Source: a virus
Taxonomy: Duplodnaviria > Caudoviricetes
Direction: 5' to 3' (one strand)
Length of the DNA: 59,786 nt
IMG/VR virus record: IMGVR_UViG_3300027326_000002
Span: 1-59,786 of that record
This document shows positions 8,115 to 16,408 of this stretch, in pieces (within the stretch, counting starts at the first letter, position 1; each line of letters opens with the position of its first letter). Below the pieces are notes generated by a model. That model was not told the origin of the DNA. It saw only the letters and a program-made list of their open reading frames with translations, and ran no database searches. Both the position numbers and the translations under genes were made by a program.

Positions 8115-8714
8115 ATGGCTCACGAAAGAAACATCGCAGCGTTGCTGCGCACGGACGCACGCACGGTGCACGTCTCGTTCATCAAGGACGTCGAGCCCGA
8201 GCTACCCGAGGACAACCAGTTCGACCGGCTGCTCGTGGCCGAGCAACGGCGGCGCGCAGAGCCGGAATACCACACGATCAGCGACGGTGCGAAGTATCGC
8301 AATCCCGCTTTCGCCGTCTCCCCGGCGCGCAAGACCTACACCTACGTCGCTGACCTGCCGCTCGAAGTCGACGACGTCGTCGTGGTCACGGTGCGCGGAC
8401 AGCTCACGCTGGCAGTCGTCCGCTCGGTCGACGACGAGGTCAAGATCGAACCGGGTTCGGCCGTCGGCTACCTGTGGGTCGTGGCCAAGGTGGACATGGC
8501 CAACTACCACGCCAACCTCGACCGCAATCGCGAGATCGAGCAGACCGTGGCCGAAGGCATGCGCGCCAACCTGCGCCGCTCGTTCGCCAACTCGTTCATG
8601 GCCGGCCTGGCGCCCGACGCCTCGGCCAAGCTGGGCTCACTGATCGGCGAGACCGTGGCCATCGGCGCGCCTGCCGAGCACGCGCCCAAGGCCGACGGCG
8701 ACATCGCCGGCTGA
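8115..8714 (+). CDS. hypothetical protein (SH3-like middle region), ends ADGDIAG*
   Basis: AAAGGA RBS. KTYTYVADLPLEVDDVVVVTV. Confidence 0.8.
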   Translation: MAHERNIAALLRTDARTVHVSFIKDVEPELPEDNQFDRLLVAEQRRRAEPEYHTISDGAKYRNPAFAVSPARKTYTYVADLPLEVDDVVVVTVRGQLTLAVVRSVDDEVKIEPGSAVGYLWVVAKVDMANYHANLDRNREIEQTVAEGMRANLRRSFANSFMAGLAPDASAKLGSLIGETVAIGAPAEHAPKADGDIAG

Positions 8715-8799
8715 TTTTCCGGGGCCTGCGTCACACTTTGCCGCGGCTGACGACCGCGGGGCCCGCCACTTTCCCCACCAACCCCCAGGAGAAAACCCT

Positions 8800-9294
8800 G
8801 TGATCGAATTGAAGATCTACCTGACCAGCTTCACGGCGCTGGCTGCCGCGAGCGCGGCGCTGGCTACCGTCGAGGGCGCAACCCTCGCGGCCGCCGACGT
8901 CAAGCCCTCGGCCACCGTCACGCCCGAAAAGCAGCAGGCCGCGCGCGACAGCGTGGCCCAGGGCAGCGCGGCCGGTACCGCGAACACGGCCAAGCTGCCC
9001 AAGGAACCCAAGGCCGAGAAGGCGCCCAAGGAAACCCCGGCGCCGCCCCCGACGCCCACCGACGCCATGGTCGACGCCATCGTCAAGACCAGCACCGTGA
9101 CGCCGCCCAAGTACGAGGACTCGGGCCTGCCCAAGGCGATCACCGAGGCCAACACCAAGGACAGCCCGGCCACCAAGGCGGTGCTCGAGAAGTACAACGC
9201 GCGCAACGCCGAGGGCAAGCTCAAGGGCTCGGCTCTCAAGCCCGAGGACTTCGCCGCGGCACTGGCCGACCTCGAAGCGATCATCAACGGCTGA
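8800..9294 (+). CDS. Ala/Pro/Lys-rich hypothetical protein of the replication module
   Basis: CAGGAG RBS, GTG start, strong codon bias. Occupies the usual slot upstream of DUF2800. Confidence 0.8.
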   Translation: MIELKIYLTSFTALAAASAALATVEGATLAAADVKPSATVTPEKQQAARDSVAQGSAAGTANTAKLPKEPKAEKAPKETPAPPPTPTDAMVDAIVKTSTVTPPKYEDSGLPKAITEANTKDSPATKAVLEKYNARNAEGKLKGSALKPEDFAAALADLEAIING

Positions 9295-9333
9295 TCAACC
9301 GCGGGGCTCGCCCCGCTGCAGGAGGAACACGTC

Positions 9334-9798
9334 ATGTGGATCTGGCTCAAGCGACTCTTCGAGTCGCGCAAGGCACGCGAGGCGCGGCTGAATGTGGCTG
9401 CGGCTACGCTGCGCGAACGTGAACGCGAGTTCGAGCACGCGCTCGTCATGCGACTGGTTGAACTCCGGCGCACGACGTTCGTGCCGGCCCCGCCGCGGCA
9501 AGAGCAGTACCGGCGCAAGCAGCACGAGGCAGACAGCCGCGCGAAGCTGCGCCAGCCGGCGCCTGCTGCACGGTACTCGCGCCGCAAGGACGACGAGCCG
9601 CGCGACACGATGGCCGGCACGTACCTCGACCCGACCAACCCGCTGAACATCGCCGGCCTGTCGCCCTACACCTATGAGCCCCCGGCGCAGCCGAACAGCT
9701 TCACCCCGATCTATGAAGATCAACTGCGCATTGACACGTCGTCCAGCTGCGACATACCAGACCTGGGCCGCGCTGCTGGCCCACGTCAAGCAGAGTAA
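9334..9798 (+). CDS. hypothetical protein
   Basis: AGGAGG RBS, 154 aa. Confidence 0.75.
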   Translation: MWIWLKRLFESRKAREARLNVAAATLREREREFEHALVMRLVELRRTTFVPAPPRQEQYRRKQHEADSRAKLRQPAPAARYSRRKDDEPRDTMAGTYLDPTNPLNIAGLSPYTYEPPAQPNSFTPIYEDQLRIDTSSSCDIPDLGRAAGPRQAE

Positions 9799-9813
9799 AG
9801 GAAAAACGTCACC

Positions 9814-10476
9814 ATGACGACAGTCGACAAGATCACGCAGATGGCGTCAGCCGCTGCGCAAGGTTCCGCGGCTTTCACGGAACGAACCCGCGCTACGGCC
9901 ACGCCGGCCGCGCACGCGCGGCTATCTCCCAGCGGGTCCAAGCGCTGGTTCGCGTGCCCTGGCTCGCTGACCCTCGAAGCGCCGATCCCCAACAAGTCCA
10001 GCGAGTATAGCGACGACGGCACGGCGATGCACGACATCGCGGCGCGCGTGCTGACGTCTGACCCCACGAACGTGACCGCGGCCGACTTCATCGGCACGTG
10101 GGTCACCGTCAGTCGGCCCGACGAGGAGCCCACGCGCAAGGTGCAGATCGACGAGGACATGGCCGACCTCGTGCAGGCCTACGTCGACATGGTGCTGGCC
10201 AAGGCGTCGGGCCACGAGCTGCACGTTGAGCAGCGCGTGGAGTTCTCCCGATTCGTCGGCCTGGAAGACCAGTTCGGTACGTCCGACTTCATCATCATCG
10301 AGCGTGACGGCACGATGCGCATGCACACCCTGAACGTCGGTGATCTCAAGACCGGCCACAAGCCCGTGGACGTCGAGCGCAACAGCCAGGCGCTGACCTA
10401 CGCGCTGGGCGCGCTGGGCGACATGTACGAGCGCGCGATGGCAGCCGAGGAGGATGACGATGACCTCGCCGGATAA
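9814..10476 (+). CDS. DUF2800 / Cas4-like exonuclease, N-terminal half
   Basis: HARLSPSGSKRWFACPGS, GTAMH, VEQRVEFS, FGTSD, GDLKTG, NSQALTYALGAL. Ends EEDDDDLAG*. Confidence 0.9.
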   Translation: MTTVDKITQMASAAAQGSAAFTERTRATATPAAHARLSPSGSKRWFACPGSLTLEAPIPNKSSEYSDDGTAMHDIAARVLTSDPTNVTAADFIGTWVTVSRPDEEPTRKVQIDEDMADLVQAYVDMVLAKASGHELHVEQRVEFSRFVGLEDQFGTSDFIIIERDGTMRMHTLNVGDLKTGHKPVDVERNSQALTYALGALGDMYERAMAAEEDDDDLAG

Positions 10477-10693
10477 GCGCATCGCCGACCTCGAAGCGCA
10501 ACTGGCCGTCTCACGCCGCGCGATTGCTGTCTACCAAGCCATCGTCAGACGCGCAACCGACAACCTGACCATGCTGGGTCGCCAGGACATCGCCCGATCG
10601 CTCAACCACGACGCGATCAAGGAAGTCCAGGCCATCCCCGATGCTTTACTACTGAAAGGAACCGACGATGACGACGATGATCTCGCCGGCTGA
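10454..10693 (+). CDS. small helical protein inserted within the DUF2800 locus
   Basis: GAGGAGG SD inside the upstream gene (start at 10454 or 10460). Ends TDDDDDDLAG*. Confidence 0.8.
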   Translation: MTMTSPDKRIADLEAQLAVSRRAIAVYQAIVRRATDNLTMLGRQDIARSLNHDAIKEVQAIPDALLLKGTDDDDDDLAG

Positions 10694-11504
10694 ATACCGT
10701 CAGCGCGTGTTCGCGTGGGCCCGAGAGCAGGGCCTGCAGACGATCCGGCTGATCATTCACCAGCCCAAGGTGGCCGGCACGACCGAGTGGGAATGCACGC
10801 TGGACGACCTGGAGGACTTTGCCGTCACGCTCGAACGCAACGCGCGGCGCACGGTTGAGGCCGAGAAAGCCTACGGCACGATCCCGCTAGCGGTGTGGTC
10901 GGACAAGTTCCTCAACCCCACGCCCAACGACGACGAGTGCGCGTTCTGCCGGGCGATGCCCACGTGTCCCAGCGTGCAGGGCAACCTGCAAAAGTCCGCA
11001 GCCGCCGACTTCGATGTCGTGGCCGACGACGAGATGGCACCCGACCCGGCTCTCTTGCCGCCGGTCAAGCTGTCCACGGCCATGAAGATCGTGCCGCTCA
11101 TGGAAGCCTGGTGCAAGGCGGTGCGCGCAGAGGTTGAGCGCAACCTGCTCGCGGGCCGCGAGATCCCCGACTACGGGCTGGGCCTGGGCCGCCAGGGCAA
11201 CCGCAAGTGGAAGGACGAGGAGGCCGTCGAGACGATGCTGCGCAAGACGATGCGCCTGAAGATCGAGGACGTCTACTCGTTCAAGCTGCGCTCGCCCACG
11301 CAGATCGAAAAGCTCACCAAGGGCAAGGACGCCGTGGTCGGGCCGATGCAATGGGACAAGCTCTGTGCGCACGTGATGCGCGAAGAGGCCAAGCCCAGCG
11401 TGATGCTCAAGTCACAGATCAAGGTTCCCTGGGTGCCGCCGCTCCTGACGAACGACGGTTTTTCCGCAACTTCTGAGACGTCCGGCGACGACCTCGCCGG
11501 CTAG
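10668..11504 (+). CDS. DUF2800 / Cas4-like exonuclease, C-terminal half
   Basis: IRLIIHQPK, CAFCRAMPTC, GRQGNRKWKDE, KLRSPTQIEKL. Ends SGDDLAG*. Confidence 0.9.
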   Translation: MTTMISPAEYRQRVFAWAREQGLQTIRLIIHQPKVAGTTEWECTLDDLEDFAVTLERNARRTVEAEKAYGTIPLAVWSDKFLNPTPNDDECAFCRAMPTCPSVQGNLQKSAAADFDVVADDEMAPDPALLPPVKLSTAMKIVPLMEAWCKAVRAEVERNLLAGREIPDYGLGLGRQGNRKWKDEEAVETMLRKTMRLKIEDVYSFKLRSPTQIEKLTKGKDAVVGPMQWDKLCAHVMREEAKPSVMLKSQIKVPWVPPLLTNDGFSATSETSGDDLAG

Positions 11505-11513
11505 GAGATTCCC

Positions 11514-11828
11514 ATGAGTCCTGCAGACGACGACGAAGACTTCTTCAAGCAGCCTAAGATCGCTGGCTATCGCCAGCTCGGGAAGCGTGAGGCCGACCTC
11601 ATGAACCTGACGAAGGAACTCGGCGCCAAGTTCGAAACGCTGATCAACGCGTTGCGTGATTACCATGCGGAGCAGCGTGCGAATGCGAAGATCGCGCCGC
11701 CCGAGTACGACGACGAGACCCCGCGCCTGGACAACGCCGAACCCGAGCGTTGGCTCGCGATGGGCCGCACCGACATCCAGGTCGGCGTCATGAAGATCGT
11801 GCGCTCGATCGCGCAGCCGGCCTCTTGA
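11514..11828 (+). CDS. acb2: anti-CBASS cyclic-oligonucleotide sponge Acb2
   Basis: KIAGYRQL...DLMNLTKELGAKFE...NAEPERWLAMGRTDIQVGVMKIVRSIAQP follows the Acb2 pattern KIKGYRDL...MNRVKELG...[28 protein letters not shown] (recalled, not searched). Confidence 0.9.
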   Translation: MSPADDDEDFFKQPKIAGYRQLGKREADLMNLTKELGAKFETLINALRDYHAEQRANAKIAPPEYDDETPRLDNAEPERWLAMGRTDIQVGVMKIVRSIAQPAS

Positions 11829-11897
11829 TCTTTCCCGCGCTATCTGGGCGCCTCGCGCACGCCCTGACCTTCTAACCTACCAACCGGAAACCCTCAA

Positions 11898-12524
11898 ATG
11901 GAAATCATGCTCAAGGATGTGCGCCTGTCGTTCCCTGATCTCGGAGAGCCGCAGCGCTATCAAGACAACCCGTCCAACGCCCCGCGCTGGGGTGCCACGC
12001 TGCTCGTGCCGGAAGACTCGGCGCAGCGCAAGCTGGTCGACAAGGCCGTGCGCGACGTGCTGACCGAGAAGTTCGCTTCGAAGTGCAAGGCCACGCCCAA
12101 AAAGACCGCCCAGCAGGTGCTCGACGACTTGATCGACGAGATCCTGGCCGACAAGAAGGCCTCGGCCTGGGTCGACGGCAACAAGAAGCCCTACGACGGC
12201 TACGACGGCAACATGGCGCTGACGGCCTACCGCTACGCCGACAAGGGTCGTCCGATCGTGATGGACAACGACATGTCGCCGATCTATGCGGCCGACAACC
12301 AGCTCATGCCGGGCAAGGGCGGCCGCATCTACGGCGGCTGCTACGTCAACGCCAAGGTCGAAATCTGGGCGCAGGACAACAAGAACGGCAAGGGCGTGCG
12401 CGCCACGCTGATGGCCATCCAGCGCAACCGCGGCGGTGATGCCTTCGGCGGCGGCGCGGCGCCGTCGGCCACGGGCTTCGAAGAAGTCGGCGAAGGCGCC
12501 GACGCCGACGACCTGTCCGAATAA
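11898..12524 (+). CDS. DUF2815 / gp2.5-like ssDNA-binding protein
   Basis: VRLSFP, IYGGCYVNAKVEIWAQDNKNGKGVRATL...GDAFGGG, acidic tail ADADDLSE*. Confidence 0.92.
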   Translation: MEIMLKDVRLSFPDLGEPQRYQDNPSNAPRWGATLLVPEDSAQRKLVDKAVRDVLTEKFASKCKATPKKTAQQVLDDLIDEILADKKASAWVDGNKKPYDGYDGNMALTAYRYADKGRPIVMDNDMSPIYAADNQLMPGKGGRIYGGCYVNAKVEIWAQDNKNGKGVRATLMAIQRNRGGDAFGGGAAPSATGFEEVGEGADADDLSE

Positions 12525-12596
12525 ACGGTCTCTTTTCGAGCGGCTCGTGAGTGGGCCGCTCCGTAAAGAGTCTTTACCAACCGGAGGAACCGAACC

Positions 12597-13028
12597 ATGG
12601 CGAAGATTTACGTTGCGTCGAGCTGGCGCAACCAATGGCAGCCGGGCGTCGTTGACGCGCTGCGCCAGCACGGACACGAGGTCTACGACTTCCGCAATCC
12701 GCCGAATCGCACCGGTTTTGGCTGGCGGCAAGTCGCGCTGGACATGGCCGGCCGCGAGGCCGTGTCAGCCGAGGAAGCGATCAAGGCGCTCGCGCACCCG
12801 ATCGCGCAGGCAGGCTTCAAGTCCGACCACGACGCGATGGAGTGGGCCGACGCGTTCGTGATGGTTCTGCCTTGCGGCAAGTCGGCGCACCTGGAACTCG
12901 GATGGGCTTGCGGCAAGGGCAAGCGCACCATCATCCTGTGGGTGCTCCACGACGCACCCGAGCTCATGTACCTGGAGGCCGACGACATCGTCACGTCGAT
13001 CCCCGAGCTGATCGAGACGTTATCGTGA
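12597..13028 (+). CDS. nucleoside 2-deoxyribosyltransferase / N-glycosidase-like protein
   Basis: KIYVASSWRN, D..AMEWADAFV, GKSAHLELGWA.G.GK. Confidence 0.8.
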   Translation: MAKIYVASSWRNQWQPGVVDALRQHGHEVYDFRNPPNRTGFGWRQVALDMAGREAVSAEEAIKALAHPIAQAGFKSDHDAMEWADAFVMVLPCGKSAHLELGWACGKGKRTIILWVLHDAPELMYLEADDIVTSIPELIETLS

Positions 13029-15376
13029 CCGAGCGCAACTCGTTCCATGACCTGGAAACGCGCAGCCCGGTGCCCATCACCAACGGCTCGCACGCCTACG
13101 CCGAGAAGGCCGAGATCACGCTCTGGGCCTACGCGGGTGAGGAGGGCGAGCCGCGGGTCTGGGACAAGCTCAACTCGACCGACAACTACCTGGACGAGCT
13201 TTCCGACGAGTGGGTCGAGGTGCCGTTGAATCATCGCGCCATGCCGGCGCAGCTGTGCCATCACGTCCGCGATCCCGACTGCCTGATCTGGTTTCACAAC
13301 GGGGGTATGTTCGACTTCGTCGTGATCGACAAGACCGAGCCCGAGATCGCCGAGCAGATCCCGATGGAGCGCCGCCGCGACACGATGGTCCAGGCCTACG
13401 CGCACTCGCTGCCCGGCGCGCTGGACAAGCTCGGCGAGATCCTCAAGCTGCATGACGACGATCGCAAGCTGGGCGACGGCAAGAAGCTGATTCGCCTGTT
13501 TTGCATCCCCAAGGCCGATGGCACGTACAACGACAAGAAGTCGCACCCGGCCGAATGGCAGCGGTTCATCGTCTACGCGGCGCGCGACATCACCACGATG
13601 CGCAAGGCCCACCAGGTCATGCCCAAATGGAACTACAAGACGGGCAAGCAAGTGCAGCTGTGGCACCTGCACCTGAAGATGAACTACGGCGGCGTGTGCA
13701 TCGATCAAGAGCTCGCGGCCAAGGCGGTCGAGGCCGCCGAGAAGGCAAAGCGCGAGATGGCCAAGCGCACGCAGGAGATCACCGAGGGCGACGTCATGGC
13801 CACGACCCAGCGCGACGCGCTGCTGGCGTGGATCCTGGAGGCGCACGGCGTGGAGCTGCCGGACATGAAGGCCGATACGCTCGAGCGCCGGCTCGAGGAT
13901 CCCGAGCTGCCCGACGCGGTCAAAGAGCTGCTGCGCATTCGCCTTCGCGCGTCGATGAACTCAGCCTCCAAGTACAAGACCGCGCTTCGCATCGTCAGCG
14001 CCGACGGCCGGTTTCGCGGCGGCTCGCAGTTCCGCGGCGCGGGCCGCACCGGCCGCACCGGCCACCGGCAAATGCAGTACGGCAACATGCCGCGGCCGGC
14101 CTACTCGTGGAAGTTCATCGAAGCGGGCATCGCCGCGATCAAGGCCGGCTGCCTGGACATGGTGGTCGACAACGAGATGGAGATGCTCGCGTCCAGCGTG
14201 CGCGGCGTCATCGTGGCCGAGCCCGGCCACAAACTGTGCGTGGCCGACCTGTCCAACATCGAGGGACGGTTCGCGGCGTGGCTGGCCGGCGAAGAGTGGA
14301 AGCTCGAAGCGTTTCGCGACTACGACACGATCATCCCCGGCCAGTTCGACAAAAAGGGCAAGCCCGCGCGCAAGGGGCTCGACCTGTACGTGCGCGCCTA
14401 CATGGCCTCGTTCAACGTCGACCGGCTCTCCGATGACCCGCACGAGTTCTACCTGCAGCGTCAGATCGGCAAGGTCGAAGAGCTCATGTTCCAGTACGGC
14501 GGCGGCGTCGGTGCTTGGATCACGGGAGCCGCGACCTACGGCATCGACCTGGTGGCCATGGCCGACGCGGTCTACGACACGATCGACGATGACGTGCTCG
14601 AAGAGGCGCGCTCGTTCCTGCACTGGCTCTACGCGCAGGTCGACGAAAAGCACGACAAGCGAGTCAAGAAGGCGCAGGCGGTGCACGGACTCGGGCCCGA
14701 CGCGCCCGACTTCTGCGAGACCCCGAGCCTCACCGAATGGCAAGCCGATCACCTGATCGAGCTCGCGTCGATCGCAGCGTCGCGCGAGGCTGCCAAGGTC
14801 AAGGCCCGGTTCGGCCTGACCGAGAAGGTGTTCGTGGTCTGCGATGCGCTCAAGCGGCTGTGGCGCGCCGCGCACCCGCGCATCTCGAGCTATTGGAAAG
14901 AGCTCGAGGACGTGATGCGTGAGGCCATCGCCAACCCCGGGGTGACGTTCCGCGCTCGCAAGGTGCTGGTGCGCCGCGACGGCTCGTGGCTGCGGCTGGG
15001 TCTGCCTTCAGGTCGCGCGCTGTGCTACCCCAACATCCACCTGACCAAGGACGGGAGCATCGCCTACACCGGTCAGGATCCCTACCGCAAGATCTACTGC
15101 GAGGTGCGCACCTACGGCGGCAAGACCTTCGAGAACCTCGTGCAGGCCGGCGCGAACGACCAGTTCATGGAAGTGCTGCCGATGCTCGACGCCGAAGGCT
15201 ATCTGGACATCGGCGGCGCAGACGTGCACGATGAATGGATCTGCGAGACGCCGGACGACGAGCGCTTCACCGCGCAGCGTCTGGCCGAGATCATGGTCTC
15301 GCGACTGGACTGGAATGAGGGCCTGCCGCTCGCCGCGGCGGGATTCGAGACCTACCGCTACCACAAGGAGGACTGA
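13025..15376 (+). CDS. family A DNA polymerase with 3'-5' exonuclease
   Basis: GTG start. Exonuclease motifs HDLET, HNGGMFD, YAARD. Motif A ADLSNIEGR, motif B RQIGKVEELMFQYG, motif C VHDEW. Confidence 0.96.
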   Translation: MTERNSFHDLETRSPVPITNGSHAYAEKAEITLWAYAGEEGEPRVWDKLNSTDNYLDELSDEWVEVPLNHRAMPAQLCHHVRDPDCLIWFHNGGMFDFVVIDKTEPEIAEQIPMERRRDTMVQAYAHSLPGALDKLGEILKLHDDDRKLGDGKKLIRLFCIPKADGTYNDKKSHPAEWQRFIVYAARDITTMRKAHQVMPKWNYKTGKQVQLWHLHLKMNYGGVCIDQELAAKAVEAAEKAKREMAKRTQEITEGDVMATTQRDALLAWILEAHGVELPDMKADTLERRLEDPELPDAVKELLRIRLRASMNSASKYKTALRIVSADGRFRGGSQFRGAGRTGRTGHRQMQYGNMPRPAYSWKFIEAGIAAIKAGCLDMVVDNEMEMLASSVRGVIVAEPGHKLCVADLSNIEGRFAAWLAGEEWKLEAFRDYDTIIPGQFDKKGKPARKGLDLYVRAYMASFNVDRLSDDPHEFYLQRQIGKVEELMFQYGGGVGAWITGAATYGIDLVAMADAVYDTIDDDVLEEARSFLHWLYAQVDEKHDKRVKKAQAVHGLGPDAPDFCETPSLTEWQADHLIELASIAASREAAKVKARFGLTEKVFVVCDALKRLWRAAHPRISSYWKELEDVMREAIANPGVTFRARKVLVRRDGSWLRLGLPSGRALCYPNIHLTKDGSIAYTGQDPYRKIYCEVRTYGGKTFENLVQAGANDQFMEVLPMLDAEGYLDIGGADVHDEWICETPDDERFTAQRLAEIMVSRLDWNEGLPLAAAGFETYRYHKED

Positions 15377-15379
15377 CCG

Positions 15380-15574
15380 ATGGACAACATTTTCGACACG
15401 GTGCGTGCTGCGATGCAGCAAGCCAAAGCCACGTTCCAGGCAGCCGACAACACGGCCAACCAAATGGCGACGCTGCTCACGGGGCGCCTGCGCAAGGTCG
15501 ACCGCTACACGCTGCGTGAACTCAAGCGCGAGCTCACGCACTTCGATGCCGTCAAGGGCAAGTGGAAGGACTGA
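15380..15574 (+). CDS. hypothetical protein
   Basis: AAGGAGG RBS, 64 aa. Confidence 0.75.
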   Translation: MDNIFDTVRAAMQQAKATFQAADNTANQMATLLTGRLRKVDRYTLRELKRELTHFDAVKGKWKD

Positions 15575-15576
15575 TC

Positions 15577-15765
15577 ATGGGTGAGCATGCAGACGACGCC
15601 GTCAACCGGTTGATGGGAGGCGATGCGTGGGGCGATCACGGCTTCTTTACTTCACGCAAGAGCGCCATCGTGGAGTGCAGCCGCTGCGGCTCGCGCGACG
15701 TGCGCTGGCGCCAGCAGGACGCCCGGCGTCGTGCACGCGTGCCCGATTTCGACGAGCGGATTTGA
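15577..15765 (+). CDS. small Cys-containing hypothetical protein
   Basis: MGEHADDA...CSRCGS. Confidence 0.55.
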   Translation: MGEHADDAVNRLMGGDAWGDHGFFTSRKSAIVECSRCGSRDVRWRQQDARRRARVPDFDERI

Positions 15766-15777
15766 GGCGGTGCCCGA

Positions 15778-16080
15778 ATGACGACCGCAACGATGCCGCG
15801 ATGCGCGACGTGCGTGCACTGGAGTCCGCCGGACGACGATGACAGCTACCGTGCGCAGTTCAAGGTGCTGGGCGTGCGGCGTTGCCGCGCCGTTCCAGTG
15901 GCCTGGGACGCGACGATGTGGTCGCCAGACGCGGACGATGAATCCGGATACGTTCGCGTGCGGGGCCCGGAATACGATCGCACGACGGCGTTTGTACAAG
16001 ACGGCAGCGACTATCGCGCCGACCTGTACACCATGCCTGAGCACGGCTGCACGATGCACAAGGCGGTGCCCGATGCGTGA
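15778..16080 (+). CDS. hypothetical Cys-containing protein
   Basis: CATCVHW...C...GCTMH. Confidence 0.7.
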   Translation: MTTATMPRCATCVHWSPPDDDDSYRAQFKVLGVRRCRAVPVAWDATMWSPDADDESGYVRVRGPEYDRTTAFVQDGSDYRADLYTMPEHGCTMHKAVPDA

Positions 16081-16408
16081 ATCCAAAGTCGAGGACCACT
16101 TGAAGCGAGAGGCCAAGCGCCTGGGCGGCAGCACGCGCAAAGTGCAGTGGATCGGCCGCGCGCACGCGCCCGACGAGCTCGTGCTGCTACCTGGCCGGCA
16201 CTTCTTCGCCGAGATGAAGCGCGACGACAACACCAAGCCGTTCCCGGCCACCGTGCGCGAGGAGCGTCAGCACGCTGAGCACAAGCGCATGCGCGCTGCC
16301 GGCATCGTGGTCTACGTGCTCGACTCGATCGAGAAGGTCGATGCGGCGCTCAAGGAAGCGACCAAGAGTCACGGAAACCCGCTCGCGTGGTTCGGGGACG
16401 GCGAATGA
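16073..16408 (+). CDS. VRR-NUC domain nuclease
   Basis: MRESKVE...APDELVLLP...FAEMKR...Q...H.RMRAAG..VYVLDS. Confidence 0.9.
   Translation: MRESKVEDHLKREAKRLGGSTRKVQWIGRAHAPDELVLLPGRHFFAEMKRDDNTKPFPATVREERQHAEHKRMRAAGIVVYVLDSIEKVDAALKEATKSHGNPLAWFGDGE

Noticed and set aside
9814-11504. Intein or group I/II intron explaining the split genes
   Set aside because: No C/S...HN-C/S/T intein ends, no homing endonuclease or RT in the inserts, and each piece has its own SD and stop.
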